DNA of 64,000 nt from Planctomycetota bacterium. Lineage in GTDB: Bacteria; Planctomycetota; UBA8742; UBA2392. A program made the position numbers and the translations under genes. The notes beneath the pieces were generated by a model. That model saw only the letters and a program-made list of their open reading frames with translations. It had not been told where the DNA came from and did not search any database. The stretch lies in assembly GCA_020638675.1 (NCBI GenBank), contig JACKID010000001.1, positions 2,125,537 to 2,189,536 of the forward strand. The letters are read 5' to 3'. Numbering within the stretch: position 1 is the stretch's first letter; each line of letters begins with the position of its first letter. This document shows, piece by piece, positions 38,661 through 48,615 of the stretch.

Positions 38661-39293
38661 ATGACCAGCATCCACGACGACCCACTAGCGTCCCGTGGCT
38701 TGCCCCAGCGGTTCCTCGACCGGCTGGAGCAGCTTGAGGCGCTTTACCTGCTGAAGGGCGACCCGATTTTGCGCTCAGGGTTTGGTGGCGGACCGGAGCG
38801 CTGGCGAAAAGAACGCGAGCCGATTCTGGACGCGATCACGGGCGACGGCTCGCTGCTTGATGTCGGCTGCGCGAACGGCTACCTGGCCGAGAGCCTCGCC
38901 AACTGGGGTCGCGAGCGCGGGCTACAACTGACGCCGCATGGCATCGACGCCGGGCGCCACCTCATCAATGAAGCCCGGGCACGCATGCCCGAATTCAAGG
39001 ACAACTTCCACGTCGGCAACGCATGGGACTGGCAGCCCCGGCGACGCTACAGCTACGTGTATATGCTCTGGGATTGTCTGCCGCCCTACTACCTGGGCCG
39101 CGGTTTGCATCGGCTGCGTTCGGAGTTCGTCGCACCCGGAGGACGCCTGATCGTCGGCACCTACGGCAGTCGCTCAAGAGGCCAGAAGCCCTGGGACATG
39201 GAACGCTACCTCGCATCGATCGATATGCCCATCGCGGGTCGCAGCGCCGGCGGTGAGCCCCGCATCACCTCGTTCTTCTGGATCGACGCATAG
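38661..39293 (+). CDS. Class I SAM-dependent methyltransferase
   Basis: Motif I LLDVGCANG; GGRLIVG. Confidence 0.8.
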   Translation: MTSIHDDPLASRGLPQRFLDRLEQLEALYLLKGDPILRSGFGGGPERWRKEREPILDAITGDGSLLDVGCANGYLAESLANWGRERGLQLTPHGIDAGRHLINEARARMPEFKDNFHVGNAWDWQPRRRYSYVYMLWDCLPPYYLGRGLHRLRSEFVAPGGRLIVGTYGSRSRGQKPWDMERYLASIDMPIAGRSAGGEPRITSFFWIDA

Positions 39294-39301
39294 GGGCAGA
39301 C

Positions 39302-39994
39302 ATGCCGAGCACATTTGCCACCGAACTCTTCGTCAAGCTATTCGGTGTGTTGCCGTCGGACCGCTCTCCCAAGCCCCCAGCGTCCAAGGCCCCAAAGACG
39401 GAAGTGCTGGTGCCCAACCGGCCGGCGGAGCCAGGTGGCAAGGTGATCTACCACGTGACGCCGCGCAAGGACGACCGCTGGAACATCCGCAAGGAAGGCG
39501 GGGCACGCCCATCGGCCGTCTGCACCAACAAGGATGAGGCAATCGAGCGCGCGCGTGAGATCGCGAAGAATGCGGGCTGGTCGCAAATCATCGTGCACAA
39601 CAAGGACGGCAAGATCGCGCAGGAGTTCAATTACGGCGACGCGTCCGGTCAGCGTGCGCCCAAGATTGAAGAAGAGTGGGAACCGGACGAGACCGATCGT
39701 GGTCTCGAAATGACCGAAATCCCGACGAACCACGAAACACGCCCTACCGCCAAGGTGAAAAAGGACTCGCCGGCGCCGAAAGCTACGCGCGCCGTGTGGC
39801 ACGTCACCCCGCGGGCAGAGGATGGGAAGTGGCGGGTGAAGCGGCAGGGCTCAAGCAAGGCGACGCGCGTGATCAGCAAGAAGGACGACGCGGTGAAGGT
39901 CGCCAAGGAACTCGCCAAGAACCACGGCAAGAGCCAGGTGGTCATTCACAAACAGGACGGCAACATCGCAGAGAGCTTCAAGTTCGACCCGTAG
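39302..39994 (+). CDS. Protein with two DUF2188-like domains
   Basis: YHVTPR..RWNIRKEG...KDEAIERAREIAK..IIVHNKDGKI and WHVTPR..KWRVKRQG...KDDAVKVAKELAK..VVIHKQDGNI. Confidence 0.85.
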   Translation: MPSTFATELFVKLFGVLPSDRSPKPPASKAPKTEVLVPNRPAEPGGKVIYHVTPRKDDRWNIRKEGGARPSAVCTNKDEAIERAREIAKNAGWSQIIVHNKDGKIAQEFNYGDASGQRAPKIEEEWEPDETDRGLEMTEIPTNHETRPTAKVKKDSPAPKATRAVWHVTPRAEDGKWRVKRQGSSKATRVISKKDDAVKVAKELAKNHGKSQVVIHKQDGNIAESFKFDP

Positions 39995-39997
39995 TCG

Positions 39998-41527
39998 TTA
40001 GCGTTTGCCGGACTTGATCTGGATGTCGTGCGCAATGGCCTGCGAGAAGAGCTTCGTGGCCCCCTGGGCGGCCGAGAGCTCCAGCGACGCGTCGCCTTGA
40101 ACCTGCGCGATGATCTGCAGCATCCCTTGCTGCACGCGGCACTTGATCGACTTCACGACGCCGCGCCGTCCGCGATCGAGCCCAAGGGCAATGCGCAGAA
40201 TGCCCGCCAGTATCCGCACCTGGTGCTGGCCCTTCGGATCAAGCTCAGCGAAGTGCCGGTGACGTTCCTTGGGTGAGCCGCGCCGGCTGTAGCGGGCCGT
40301 AAGCCCGATGATCTCGACTTCCCGGTCTGTCACGCCGCGCAGCCCGCCACCTCGAATCAGCTGGTAACTGATGTGTTCACGGTCCAGATAATTCATGCCG
40401 CGGCCGACGTCATCCAGCAGCGCCGACGTCTCGAGAAGCTCACGGTCGCGTTTGGCAAGTCCATGCAGGCGCTTGGTTGCGTCGAACAGGTTCACGGCCA
40501 ACTTGGCGAGATGTTCCGACCTCTTTGTGTCAGCCCCCGCGAGCTGGACCAGCTGCCGCGCACTTGCGAGCCGCACGTTGGGCGGCGGCCCCTTTGCGCG
40601 ATGGACCTTCTCCAGTTCGTGCAGCAGAACGCCTTCCCGCAACGACGCACCGCAGAGCTGGAACTTGTCTGACTTCACCAGTCTCAGCGCCGTTTCGAGC
40701 ACGGCCGCCCCGAAGTGGATCACGTCCGCGCGGCGTTCGTCGATACCGGGCAGCCGCGTCCGCGCCGCCGCGTCCACGCTGAGCAACTGGCCTGCCAGGT
40801 CGCGAATTTCAGACGCATGAATTTCATAGCCGTTGAGCGAGCCCCACGGATCGCGCCCGCGCAATCGCAGGCAGGTCAGGCCCAGCGTCATGTGGGAGCC
40901 GGACGTGCCGATCACCACGTCGATCCCGCGCTTTCGGATGCTTTTCAGCAGCGGCCCGGCCGTGTCGTTGATCAGGCGCATCAGCTTGTTGCGGGACTTT
41001 CTCGATAACGGGTCTTCGGCGCCGAACATGTCACGCAGGCGCTGCACGCCAAGCGGCACGCTCTTGCTGACGATCAGGCGGTTGGCCGTCCCGTACATGA
41101 TTTCAAGGCTGCCTCCGCCGAGGTCCAGGATGAGACCCTTGCGCTTTTCAAGATCTGTCGCGTGGCGCACACCACGATAGATCAACTCAGCTTCTTCGAC
41201 CCCGCCAATGAGCCTTGGCTCAATTCCGGCCTGCGACTTCACTTTCTTGAGGAACTCCTGTCCGTTGCTGGCCTCGCGAACAGCGCTCGTGGCCACGGCG
41301 AGTGTACGGTCCACTTTCAGTCGCTTGCACAGCGTCGCAAAGCGCTTGAGCGCCTCGAGGGCATTGTGCATCGGGACAGGCATCAACCGCCCGGTCTTGA
41401 ACGCACCGGCGCCCAGCTTCACCCGTTCCCGCTCACGATCGATGACCTGGAAAGAGTGCGGCCCGTAGGTGTCGGCCACGATCATGTGGACCGAGTTCGA
41501 GCCGATGTCGATTGCCGCGAGTCTCAC
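39998..41527 (-). CDS. ppx: Ppx/GppA exopolyphosphatase
   Basis: AAIDIGSNS, ATSAVREASN, EEAELIY, DLGGGSLE; C-terminal HD-like region. Confidence 0.93.
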   Translation of the reverse strand: MRLAAIDIGSNSVHMIVADTYGPHSFQVIDRERERVKLGAGAFKTGRLMPVPMHNALEALKRFATLCKRLKVDRTLAVATSAVREASNGQEFLKKVKSQAGIEPRLIGGVEEAELIYRGVRHATDLEKRKGLILDLGGGSLEIMYGTANRLIVSKSVPLGVQRLRDMFGAEDPLSRKSRNKLMRLINDTAGPLLKSIRKRGIDVVIGTSGSHMTLGLTCLRLRGRDPWGSLNGYEIHASEIRDLAGQLLSVDAAARTRLPGIDERRADVIHFGAAVLETALRLVKSDKFQLCGASLREGVLLHELEKVHRAKGPPPNVRLASARQLVQLAGADTKRSEHLAKLAVNLFDATKRLHGLAKRDRELLETSALLDDVGRGMNYLDREHISYQLIRGGGLRGVTDREVEIIGLTARYSRRGSPKERHRHFAELDPKGQHQVRILAGILRIALGLDRGRRGVVKSIKCRVQQGMLQIIAQVQGDASLELSAAQGATKLFSQAIAHDIQIKSGKR

Positions 41528-43635
41528 GCCGCTCCGCCTGTACCGCCCAGTCTCGCGGCCAGGGTCTCCTGCGCTGCCAGGCGCGGATTATCGCCCGGGT
41601 TGCAACGCACCCATGTGCCATCGGACTGCAGCAGCCAAGCCTGTACGTTGTCGGACAGCGGTATGTCAAGGCATTCTTCAATCACGCGCGCACGCAACGC
41701 GGGGTCAAGGATCGGGAAGCAGGTCTCCACGCGGCGGTGCAGGTTGCGCGACATCCAGTCCGCGCTCGCCGCATACAGGAAGTCATCATTGGCACCGAAT
41801 GAGTACACGCGGCTGTGCTCAAGGAAACGCCCGATGATGCTGCGCACGCGAATGCTGTCTGACACACCCGGCACCCCCGGGCGAAGGCAACAGACGCCGC
41901 GGATCAACAGATCAATCGGCACTCCCGCAATGGACGCGAGATAGAGCGCTTTGATGACCCCGGGGTCTGAGAGGCTGTTCATCTTCGCCCGGATGCGGCA
42001 GGGCTTTCCATCGCGGGCGAGTTGCGCTTGCTCATTGATACGCTGGATGACCATGTCATTCAGTGTGAAGGGCGAATGGTAGATCTGCTTCATGCCCGGC
42101 GTCTCGCCGGGGCTGGTGAGTTCGCGGAAGAGCTTGTGGACGTCCGTGCAGATTTCTTCGTTCGCTGTCATCAGGCTGAGGTCGGTGTAGGCCCGGGCCG
42201 TACCGGTGTGATAGTTGCCGGTTCCCAAATGGACGTAGCGCTTGAGCCGCCCGTCTTCCCGACGCAGCAGCATCATGATCTTGCTGTGTGTCTTGTAGCC
42301 GACGACGCCGTACACCACCTGTGCACCCGCGTTCTGCAGGCGTGTAGCGAGGTCGATGTTCGCCGCCTCGTCAAATCGGGCGCGCAGCTCAACACACGCA
42401 GTCACTTCCTTGCCGGCGCGCGCCGCGTCGAACAACGCTTCGGTCACCTCCGAGACCACCCCGGTTCGATACAGCGTGCCCATGATGGCAACGACGTTCG
42501 GATCGTTGGCGGCCTTGCGGATAAAGTCCAGTACGGGGCCGAATGACTGGTATGGATGGTGCAACAACACGTCGCGCTGGCGAAGAACGTCGAAGATGTC
42601 GGTGCCGGCGGCCAGCTCCTTGGGAACGCCAGGCTGAAATGGCGGATACTTCAGGTCCGGTCGATCAGCGAGTTCATACAGTTTCATCAAACGGTTCAGG
42701 TTCACCGGCCCGTTCACCTGGTACAGGTCCTCTTGTCCCAGGTGGAAATGATCGAGCAGCATATTGGCGATCTCGGTCGGACAATTCTCCGCGACCTCCA
42801 GCCGAACAGCGGCGCCGTAGTGGCGTCGAGGAAGCTCGAAGCGCAAGGCCTCAGCGAGGTCTTCGACTTCTTCCTCGTCAACGAACAGGTCGCTGTTGCG
42901 AGTGACACGGAACTGGTATGCGCCCTTCACATTCATGCGCGGGAAGAGTTCACCAATGTTGTGGTGGATGACGGCCGAGAGCAGGACGAAGTCGTACGGG
43001 CCCGCCGAAACTTCCCGCGGCATACGAATCACACGCGGCAGCAGACGCGGCGCCTGGACAACGCTGATGCCGCTGTCACGGGCGAAAGCATCCGGGCCCT
43101 CCATCAGCACGACAAAATTGAGGATCTTGTTCAGTACGTTCGGGAATGGGTGCGACGGATCAAGCCCGATCGGCGTCAGCAGCGGTTGGACTTCGCGCCG
43201 AAAGTAGTCAGCGGCCCACGCCGCCTGCTCCTCGCTCCATTCGGTACGTCGGAGAATGCGGATGCCGTTGTCCGCCAGCTTGGGAATCAGAACATCGTTG
43301 AACACGCGATACTGCTCGGCGACGATCCCGCGGCTTGTCTCGTGAACGCGCGCCAGCATGTCCAGCGGACGAACTTCGTCCGGGCCGGAAACTTCCACAC
43401 CCGCCGCCGCCTGCTGCTTCACACCGCTTACACGGATCTCGAAAAACTCATCCATGTTGCTGCACGAGATGGTGAGAAAGCGCAGCCGCTCCAGCAGAGG
43501 CACGGTTTCATCCGCCGCCATGGCCAACACGCGGCGATTGAACTCCATCAGCGAGAATTCGCGGTTGAAGTACAGGTTCGCGTCGCCGGGCTCGACAGCG
43601 GGTTTTCGATCACTGGCTGCGTTCATGGCGTTCAT
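41524..43635 (-). CDS. ppk1: Polyphosphate kinase 1
   Basis: YFNREFS, NMDEFFEIRV, HPFP, LLHHPYQSF, ELRARFDEAAN, KTHSK, GRFLEHSR, SADWMSRN. Confidence 0.97.
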   Translation of the reverse strand: MNAMNAASDRKPAVEPGDANLYFNREFSLMEFNRRVLAMAADETVPLLERLRFLTISCSNMDEFFEIRVSGVKQQAAAGVEVSGPDEVRPLDMLARVHETSRGIVAEQYRVFNDVLIPKLADNGIRILRRTEWSEEQAAWAADYFRREVQPLLTPIGLDPSHPFPNVLNKILNFVVLMEGPDAFARDSGISVVQAPRLLPRVIRMPREVSAGPYDFVLLSAVIHHNIGELFPRMNVKGAYQFRVTRNSDLFVDEEEVEDLAEALRFELPRRHYGAAVRLEVAENCPTEIANMLLDHFHLGQEDLYQVNGPVNLNRLMKLYELADRPDLKYPPFQPGVPKELAAGTDIFDVLRQRDVLLHHPYQSFGPVLDFIRKAANDPNVVAIMGTLYRTGVVSEVTEALFDAARAGKEVTACVELRARFDEAANIDLATRLQNAGAQVVYGVVGYKTHSKIMMLLRREDGRLKRYVHLGTGNYHTGTARAYTDLSLMTANEEICTDVHKLFRELTSPGETPGMKQIYHSPFTLNDMVIQRINEQAQLARDGKPCRIRAKMNSLSDPGVIKALYLASIAGVPIDLLIRGVCCLRPGVPGVSDSIRVRSIIGRFLEHSRVYSFGANDDFLYAASADWMSRNLHRRVETCFPILDPALRARVIEECLDIPLSDNVQAWLLQSDGTWVRCNPGDNPRLAAQETLAARLGGTGGAA

Positions 43636-43678
43636 GGCGCTCCTGGCGGCATGCTAGTCAGTATATGTCAAGAACGCG

Positions 43679-45229
43679 TTAACGTCGTGTGGGGCTCCAG
43701 CCGCCGCCGCCGGGCGTGCGGATGTCGATCGCTTCGCCGGCGCGCAACTCGCCGCTGCATTTGCCGTCCAGCGCCTCAGCGTCGCCGTTCGCATCCCGAA
43801 TCTGGTTTATGCCTGGACGCCCGGGCTTGCCCTTCCCGGCGCCGGCAGGTGCATGCGCTCGCCGTTCAGAGAGCACACCAAAGTGCGCGTCGACCAAGGT
43901 GCGCACGCGGCGGACCACTCCGTTTCCGCCTGGATGCTTCCCGGCCCCGCCCGATGCCTCGCGGACACTGTATTCCTCGACTCGCAGAGGATAGGCGTGC
44001 TCAAGCGCCTCGACCGGGGTGTTGAGCGTGTTGGTCATGTGCGAGTGCGTTGCGTCCGCACCGTCACGCATGGGGCCGGCGCCGCACCCGCCCGCGATCG
44101 TCTCGTAGTACGTGAACTGTCGCCCGTCCTGCGTCACTCCACCGATCGTCAGGTTGTTCATTGTGCCTTGGGATTGAGCGGGAACTCGGCCGGGAGCGGC
44201 CTTGGATAACGCCGAAAGGCAGACATCCACGATGCGCTGGCTGGTCTCAACGTTGCCTCCTGCGACCGGTGCAGGCGACCTTGCGTCCACGACGGTTCCG
44301 GGTCTGGTCACAACATGGATGCTCTCAAAGCAGCCATGGTTGATCGGCGGGCGCGGCTCACACAGGCAGAGTACCGTGTAGAGCGCAGCACTCTCCGTTA
44401 CCGCGCGGACCGCGTTGACACCGCCCCGGACCTGCGCTGCGCTCGCGCTGAAATCAAAAGTCAACTTGCCTGGTGAAACGGCAAGCTCCAGCCGAATCGG
44501 AATATCCGTGGCGCCCGCCCCGTCGTCATCGAGCACGTCTTCGGCGCTGTAGGTGCCGCCTTTCAGAGCCTTCAACGTCTGCCGCAATATCGCATGGCTG
44601 TGCTTGAACAGCGCGCTGCACAGGCGCACAAACTCGGATTGGCCGTATCGCCCCACGATGTCCGTCAAGCGCTGCCGCCCGCGGTCGCAGGCCGCCTGTT
44701 GCGCGCTCAGGTCACCCCGTCGCTCGTCAGGCGTGCGCGTGTTGGCCAATATCAGTTTCATCAACTCTTCGCTCACCCTGCTGGGCGGGATAACGAGCCC
44801 CTCCGCCACAAGGTCGGTCTGTGGCGACATGCTGCCGGGAGCGGCCCCCCCGATGTCGGCATGGTGGGCGCGATTGGCGGAGTAACCAAGCAGCCGACCT
44901 TTGTCGTAGATCGGCGCGACCATGGTCAGGTCGGGCAAGTGCGTACCGCCGCTGTAGGGATCATTGACCAACGCGTACTCACCGGGGCGCAGCTCAAGCT
45001 GGCTGAGTACCCCTCGCACGCTCGCGGGCATCGAGCCCAGATGCACCGGCAGGTGGGCCGCCTGCGCAAGCAATCGGCCACGCGCATCAAACAACGCACA
45101 GGAGTAGTCGCGGCGCTCCTTGATGTTCGGGCTGTACGCCGAGCGCTTCAGTACCTCCCCCATCTCCTCGGCCACGCCAACGAGGGCGTGGTGCAGAACG
45201 GCGATCTCGACAGATGTCTTCACGTCCAT
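43679..45229 (-). CDS. Hydantoinase B / 5-oxoprolinase subunit
   Basis: SPNIKERRDYSCALF, HLPVHLGSM, NDPYSGGTHLPD, HHADIGG, GGNVETSQR, YYETIAGG, TPGGGG. Confidence 0.92.
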   Translation of the reverse strand: MDVKTSVEIAVLHHALVGVAEEMGEVLKRSAYSPNIKERRDYSCALFDARGRLLAQAAHLPVHLGSMPASVRGVLSQLELRPGEYALVNDPYSGGTHLPDLTMVAPIYDKGRLLGYSANRAHHADIGGAAPGSMSPQTDLVAEGLVIPPSRVSEELMKLILANTRTPDERRGDLSAQQAACDRGRQRLTDIVGRYGQSEFVRLCSALFKHSHAILRQTLKALKGGTYSAEDVLDDDGAGATDIPIRLELAVSPGKLTFDFSASAAQVRGGVNAVRAVTESAALYTVLCLCEPRPPINHGCFESIHVVTRPGTVVDARSPAPVAGGNVETSQRIVDVCLSALSKAAPGRVPAQSQGTMNNLTIGGVTQDGRQFTYYETIAGGCGAGPMRDGADATHSHMTNTLNTPVEALEHAYPLRVEEYSVREASGGAGKHPGGNGVVRRVRTLVDAHFGVLSERRAHAPAGAGKGKPGRPGINQIRDANGDAEALDGKCSGELRAGEAIDIRTPGGGGWSPTRR

Positions 45230-45232
45230 GGC

Positions 45233-47221
45233 TTAGCCGATGTTCTGTGTATGCAGCAGCATCAATTGACCGGCCTGCGTCACTTTCAGCACCCAGCCAC
45301 GCTTGAGGTACAAACAGGAACTGAGCTCTGTGACAACTGCGGGCCCGTTCAGCCAAGTGCCCGCAGACAGCGACTGGCGTTCATACACTGGTATGTCGGC
45401 GGCGACTTTGCCAACGGCTACTGCCCGCCCGGCCGACATTTCAATCGGCAGTGACACAGCTCGCTGCTTCTCTTCGACCCGCACCCGCACGTTGACGATT
45501 TCGGCCTCGGCGTCCTTGCGCTCGAAATGGAACTCCTGCAGGTGCGCGGCGCCGAAACGCGTCTTCCAGTTGCGTGTCAACGGCACACCCAGCTCGAAAC
45601 TCTGACCCACATAGCGAACATCGAGGGTACGTGTGTGCTGAAACGGGCCGGAAAGCCCGCAGTCCCGGAGCTCTCGCTCGGCGCGCGATTGCAGCTCAGT
45701 CGCGACCCTGGTCGCCTCCGCCAGGCAGGTTCGCGACTCGCGCAGCATGACCGTGCGTGACAGGTCTCGCGAAGCCGGCGTATGCAACATGCCCAACGCA
45801 CACAGCAGCCCTGGCGCTCGCGGAACCAGCACTTTCTCGATGCCCATCAGCTCGGCGAGGTCGCACGCGAGCAGCCCACCCGCGCCGCCGAAGGGAACGA
45901 GAGCCATGCCGCCCACGGCACGCCCGCGCTCGACAGTCACGCGCCGCAGCGCGCGCTCAATTCCGGCCAGCGCAACACGCACGATCGCCTCGGCAAGCTT
46001 CTTGGGCTGCGTTCCCCTCCCCAGTCTCTTTAGCGCCCCGGTCGCAGCCGCGGGATCAAGCGCAAGCTCACCGCCCAGCTTAAGGTCGGGCGGGATACGC
46101 CCGAGCACGAGCAGTGCATCGGTAAGGGTCGCGTGCTTGCCACCGCGGGCGTAACAGGCAGGGCCGGGATCGGCGCCTGCGCTCTGTGGACCGACATGCA
46201 AGGCACCGCCGGCGTCCAGCCAGGCAATCGACCCCCCACCCGCGCCAATCGTATGAATGTCGAGACTGGGTGTGCGGAGCGGCAACCCGGCAATCAACGT
46301 TTCCGGGCGTAACGTCGGGATCTCCTCGACCAGGGAAACGTCCGTGCTGGTGCCGCCGATGTCGAACGCCACGCCGGTCTCGATCTTCTCGGCCGTCAGG
46401 GCGTCGCGCACACCCGCTATGCCACCTGCCGGGCCGGACAGTGCGAGTTTCACCGGCTCGTCGGCCGCAAGCCTGGCCGGAAGCCAGCCGCCGGCCGAGT
46501 GCATCAGCACGACACGGGTCGGAGCGATCCGCTCTTGCAACTTCGTGATGTAGTCCCGGAGCCTGGGTATGAGCCCCGCGTTGGCCGCCGTCACCAGGCT
46601 GCGTTCATACTCGCGGAATTCCGGCGCAAGCTCAGACGAAAGCGTGACTGGAACACGCAGCTTTGTGAGCGCGCGCTGCAGCGCGCGTTCGTGCGCCGGG
46701 TTCGCGTAGCTGTGCAGCAGGCAGACGGCCACGGCGTCAGGCTTCAGCGCCTTGACTTCGTTCGCTACGCGCGCGCACTCTTGACTGGTCAACTTGCGCG
46801 CCACGCTGCCGTCAGGCTCGAGCCGCTCGTCGACTTCAACCCGCAGCTCATGCGGAACAAGTGGATTGCGCGCAGACGGCTCCAGCGAATACAGCTCGCC
46901 CGGATCGCGATTCTGGCGCCCGATGGCCAGCACATCGCGAAATCCCTTCGTCGTTACAAACACAACGCGCCCAAGCTTGCCTTCAAGCAACGCATTCGTC
47001 GCTACGGTCGTCCCGTGAACCAGCAGATCCGCCCCGCCCAGACGCTCAAGTGCAGCAGCCACCGCCACGCCCGGGTCGCCGGGCGTGCTCGGAATCTTGC
47101 ACGTCAGCAGTTTGCCGTCGCGCACGACACACGCGTCCGTGAACGTGCCGCCGACGTCAATGGCCGCGATGATCGGAGCTTTAGCCGCCAAGCGTATCCC
47201 CCACGCGCTGAGCCCATTCAC
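45233..47221 (-). CDS. Hydantoinase A / 5-oxoprolinase ATP-binding subunit
   Basis: IDVGGTFTD, HGTTVATNALLE, EFREYER, SGPAGG, DIGGTSTD, TIGAGGGS, GPQSAGADPGPACY. True start may be TTG 47191. Confidence 0.92.
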   Translation of the reverse strand: MNGLSAWGIRLAAKAPIIAAIDVGGTFTDACVVRDGKLLTCKIPSTPGDPGVAVAAALERLGGADLLVHGTTVATNALLEGKLGRVVFVTTKGFRDVLAIGRQNRDPGELYSLEPSARNPLVPHELRVEVDERLEPDGSVARKLTSQECARVANEVKALKPDAVAVCLLHSYANPAHERALQRALTKLRVPVTLSSELAPEFREYERSLVTAANAGLIPRLRDYITKLQERIAPTRVVLMHSAGGWLPARLAADEPVKLALSGPAGGIAGVRDALTAEKIETGVAFDIGGTSTDVSLVEEIPTLRPETLIAGLPLRTPSLDIHTIGAGGGSIAWLDAGGALHVGPQSAGADPGPACYARGGKHATLTDALLVLGRIPPDLKLGGELALDPAAATGALKRLGRGTQPKKLAEAIVRVALAGIERALRRVTVERGRAVGGMALVPFGGAGGLLACDLAELMGIEKVLVPRAPGLLCALGMLHTPASRDLSRTVMLRESRTCLAEATRVATELQSRAERELRDCGLSGPFQHTRTLDVRYVGQSFELGVPLTRNWKTRFGAAHLQEFHFERKDAEAEIVNVRVRVEEKQRAVSLPIEMSAGRAVAVGKVAADIPVYERQSLSAGTWLNGPAVVTELSSCLYLKRGWVLKVTQAGQLMLLHTQNIG

Positions 47222-47897
47222 GAATGCGTCGCGCCACGCCGATCGGCACTTCCTGCGTGATCATATGGCCGTAGCCGTCGAACTGGTGCAGGCGTACGTC
47301 CGGCATGCGTTTCCAGATTTCGAGCTGGTCCGGTGCGGCGCAAAATGCGTCTCGGCTACCGTACATGACTGCGACCGGGCACTTGATGCCAATCAGGCGA
47401 TCGGAAACGTCAAAGCTGCTCAGCAGCTTCAGCCGCCGTGCGAGTTCGTCATGATCGAGATGCTCGAAGTACTTCAGGAACTTCTCGCGCTCTTCCCCCT
47501 TCAGTGTCCCGGCCAGTTTCCACCCCGCAAGCAGGCGTGCGACCGGATTTAACAACACCTTTGGCAAAACACGCGACGCCGCCCTCCCCACTGCGGCGGC
47601 AATCGGCTCAGGCTCATGGCTGAAGGCGGATATCAGACACAACCCTTTCACATCGGCCGGACGCAGTATCGCCGTCTTCTGTGCCACCGCGCCGCCAAAT
47701 GACTCGCCTATCAGCAACCCGGTTCCGAGCGCCTGCATCCGCGCGACGACGACATCTGCTAGTTCGTCCCACTTCAGCTCACGCCCAAGCGGATATGCGA
47801 GCGGAATCAGCTCGAGCTCCGGCAGCTGTTCCTGCGTACGGATCACCCAGCGGGCTTCCCCATCCAGTCCGGGCAAATACAGGGCACGTGAGTACAT
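47181..47897 (-). CDS. Alpha/beta-fold hydrolase
   Basis: LPGLDG, nucleophile elbow GESFGG, GSRD, GHM; start ATG 47897. Confidence 0.85.
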   Translation of the reverse strand: MYSRALYLPGLDGEARWVIRTQEQLPELELIPLAYPLGRELKWDELADVVVARMQALGTGLLIGESFGGAVAQKTAILRPADVKGLCLISAFSHEPEPIAAAVGRAASRVLPKVLLNPVARLLAGWKLAGTLKGEEREKFLKYFEHLDHDELARRLKLLSSFDVSDRLIGIKCPVAVMYGSRDAFCAAPDQLEIWKRMPDVRLHQFDGYGHMITQEVPIGVARRIREWAQRVGDTLGG

Positions 47898-47922
47898 TGG
47901 CCTCTCCGGCGTGCAGAGAGGT

Positions 47923-48507
47923 TTAGAGTGCGCGGAGCCACTTCTCAACAGCTTCTGCGATGGCTGCGTCGGCCAGCCCCTGTGACTGCAGCGAATCCCA
48001 GGTGGTGAAATGCAGCGCGTGGCCCAGCACCGCCTGCACGGCAGCACGACTGGATCTTGAGGGACGCCAAGTCTTCAGCAGATCATCGCGCACGCCGTCC
48101 AGCCACTGTTGCACCTCCGCGAGCATCGCCTTGAGCGGCTCAATGTCGTCCGCGTCGCGGTAGGAGTTGCGCCACACGCCCTGCGTGCGCCGGTAAAAAC
48201 CGTACAGCGCGGTGAGCGCCGTCCGCGTGCGGTCGGCCGGCTCTTCGAGATGCCGCCACTCCGCGACATCCGGCAGCGGATTCTGCTCAAGGTAGCGGCT
48301 GGAACACGCGCGGTAGAGCGTCGTTTCGTCGGGCAGATGTCGGTAGACCGTAAGTCGCTGTACACCCGCCTGCTTTGCAATCGCCTGGATTGTGGTTTTG
48401 GCGGGCCCGATGGTGGCGTGCAGCTCAACCACGGCGTCCACAATACGGCGGTGCGTTTCCTCGGCGCTTTCCTTGCGGCGTTTTTGTCGATACTGGCGCG
48501 TCTTCAT
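47923..48507 (-). CDS. TetR-family transcriptional regulator
   Basis: RIVDAVVELHATIGPAKTTIQAIAKQAGVQRLTVYRHLPD helix-turn-helix. Confidence 0.9.
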   Translation of the reverse strand: MKTRQYRQKRRKESAEETHRRIVDAVVELHATIGPAKTTIQAIAKQAGVQRLTVYRHLPDETTLYRACSSRYLEQNPLPDVAEWRHLEEPADRTRTALTALYGFYRRTQGVWRNSYRDADDIEPLKAMLAEVQQWLDGVRDDLLKTWRPSRSSRAAVQAVLGHALHFTTWDSLQSQGLADAAIAEAVEKWLRAL

Positions 48508-48511
48508 TTTA

Positions 48512-48594
48512 GTGAACATAGCTGTTTATTTAACGTTTGACAAGTACTTTGCCGCGCGATATGGTTCCGGCATGATGTGAACACTATTGTTTAC
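48512..48594. promoter_or_regulatory. Two candidate TetR operators flanking a sigma70-type promoter
   Basis: GTGAACA-N4-TGTTTAT (48512-48529) and GTGAACA-N4-TGTTTAC (48577-48594); TTGACA-N17-TATGGT at 48537-48565. Confidence 0.75.
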
Positions 48595-48615
48595 TGAATA
48601 TGAACGGAGACCTGT

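Noticed and set aside
43619-43640. 9-nt tandem repeat at the ppk1 start (MNAMNA)
   Set aside because: Only two copies and in frame; it affects only the choice of start codon.
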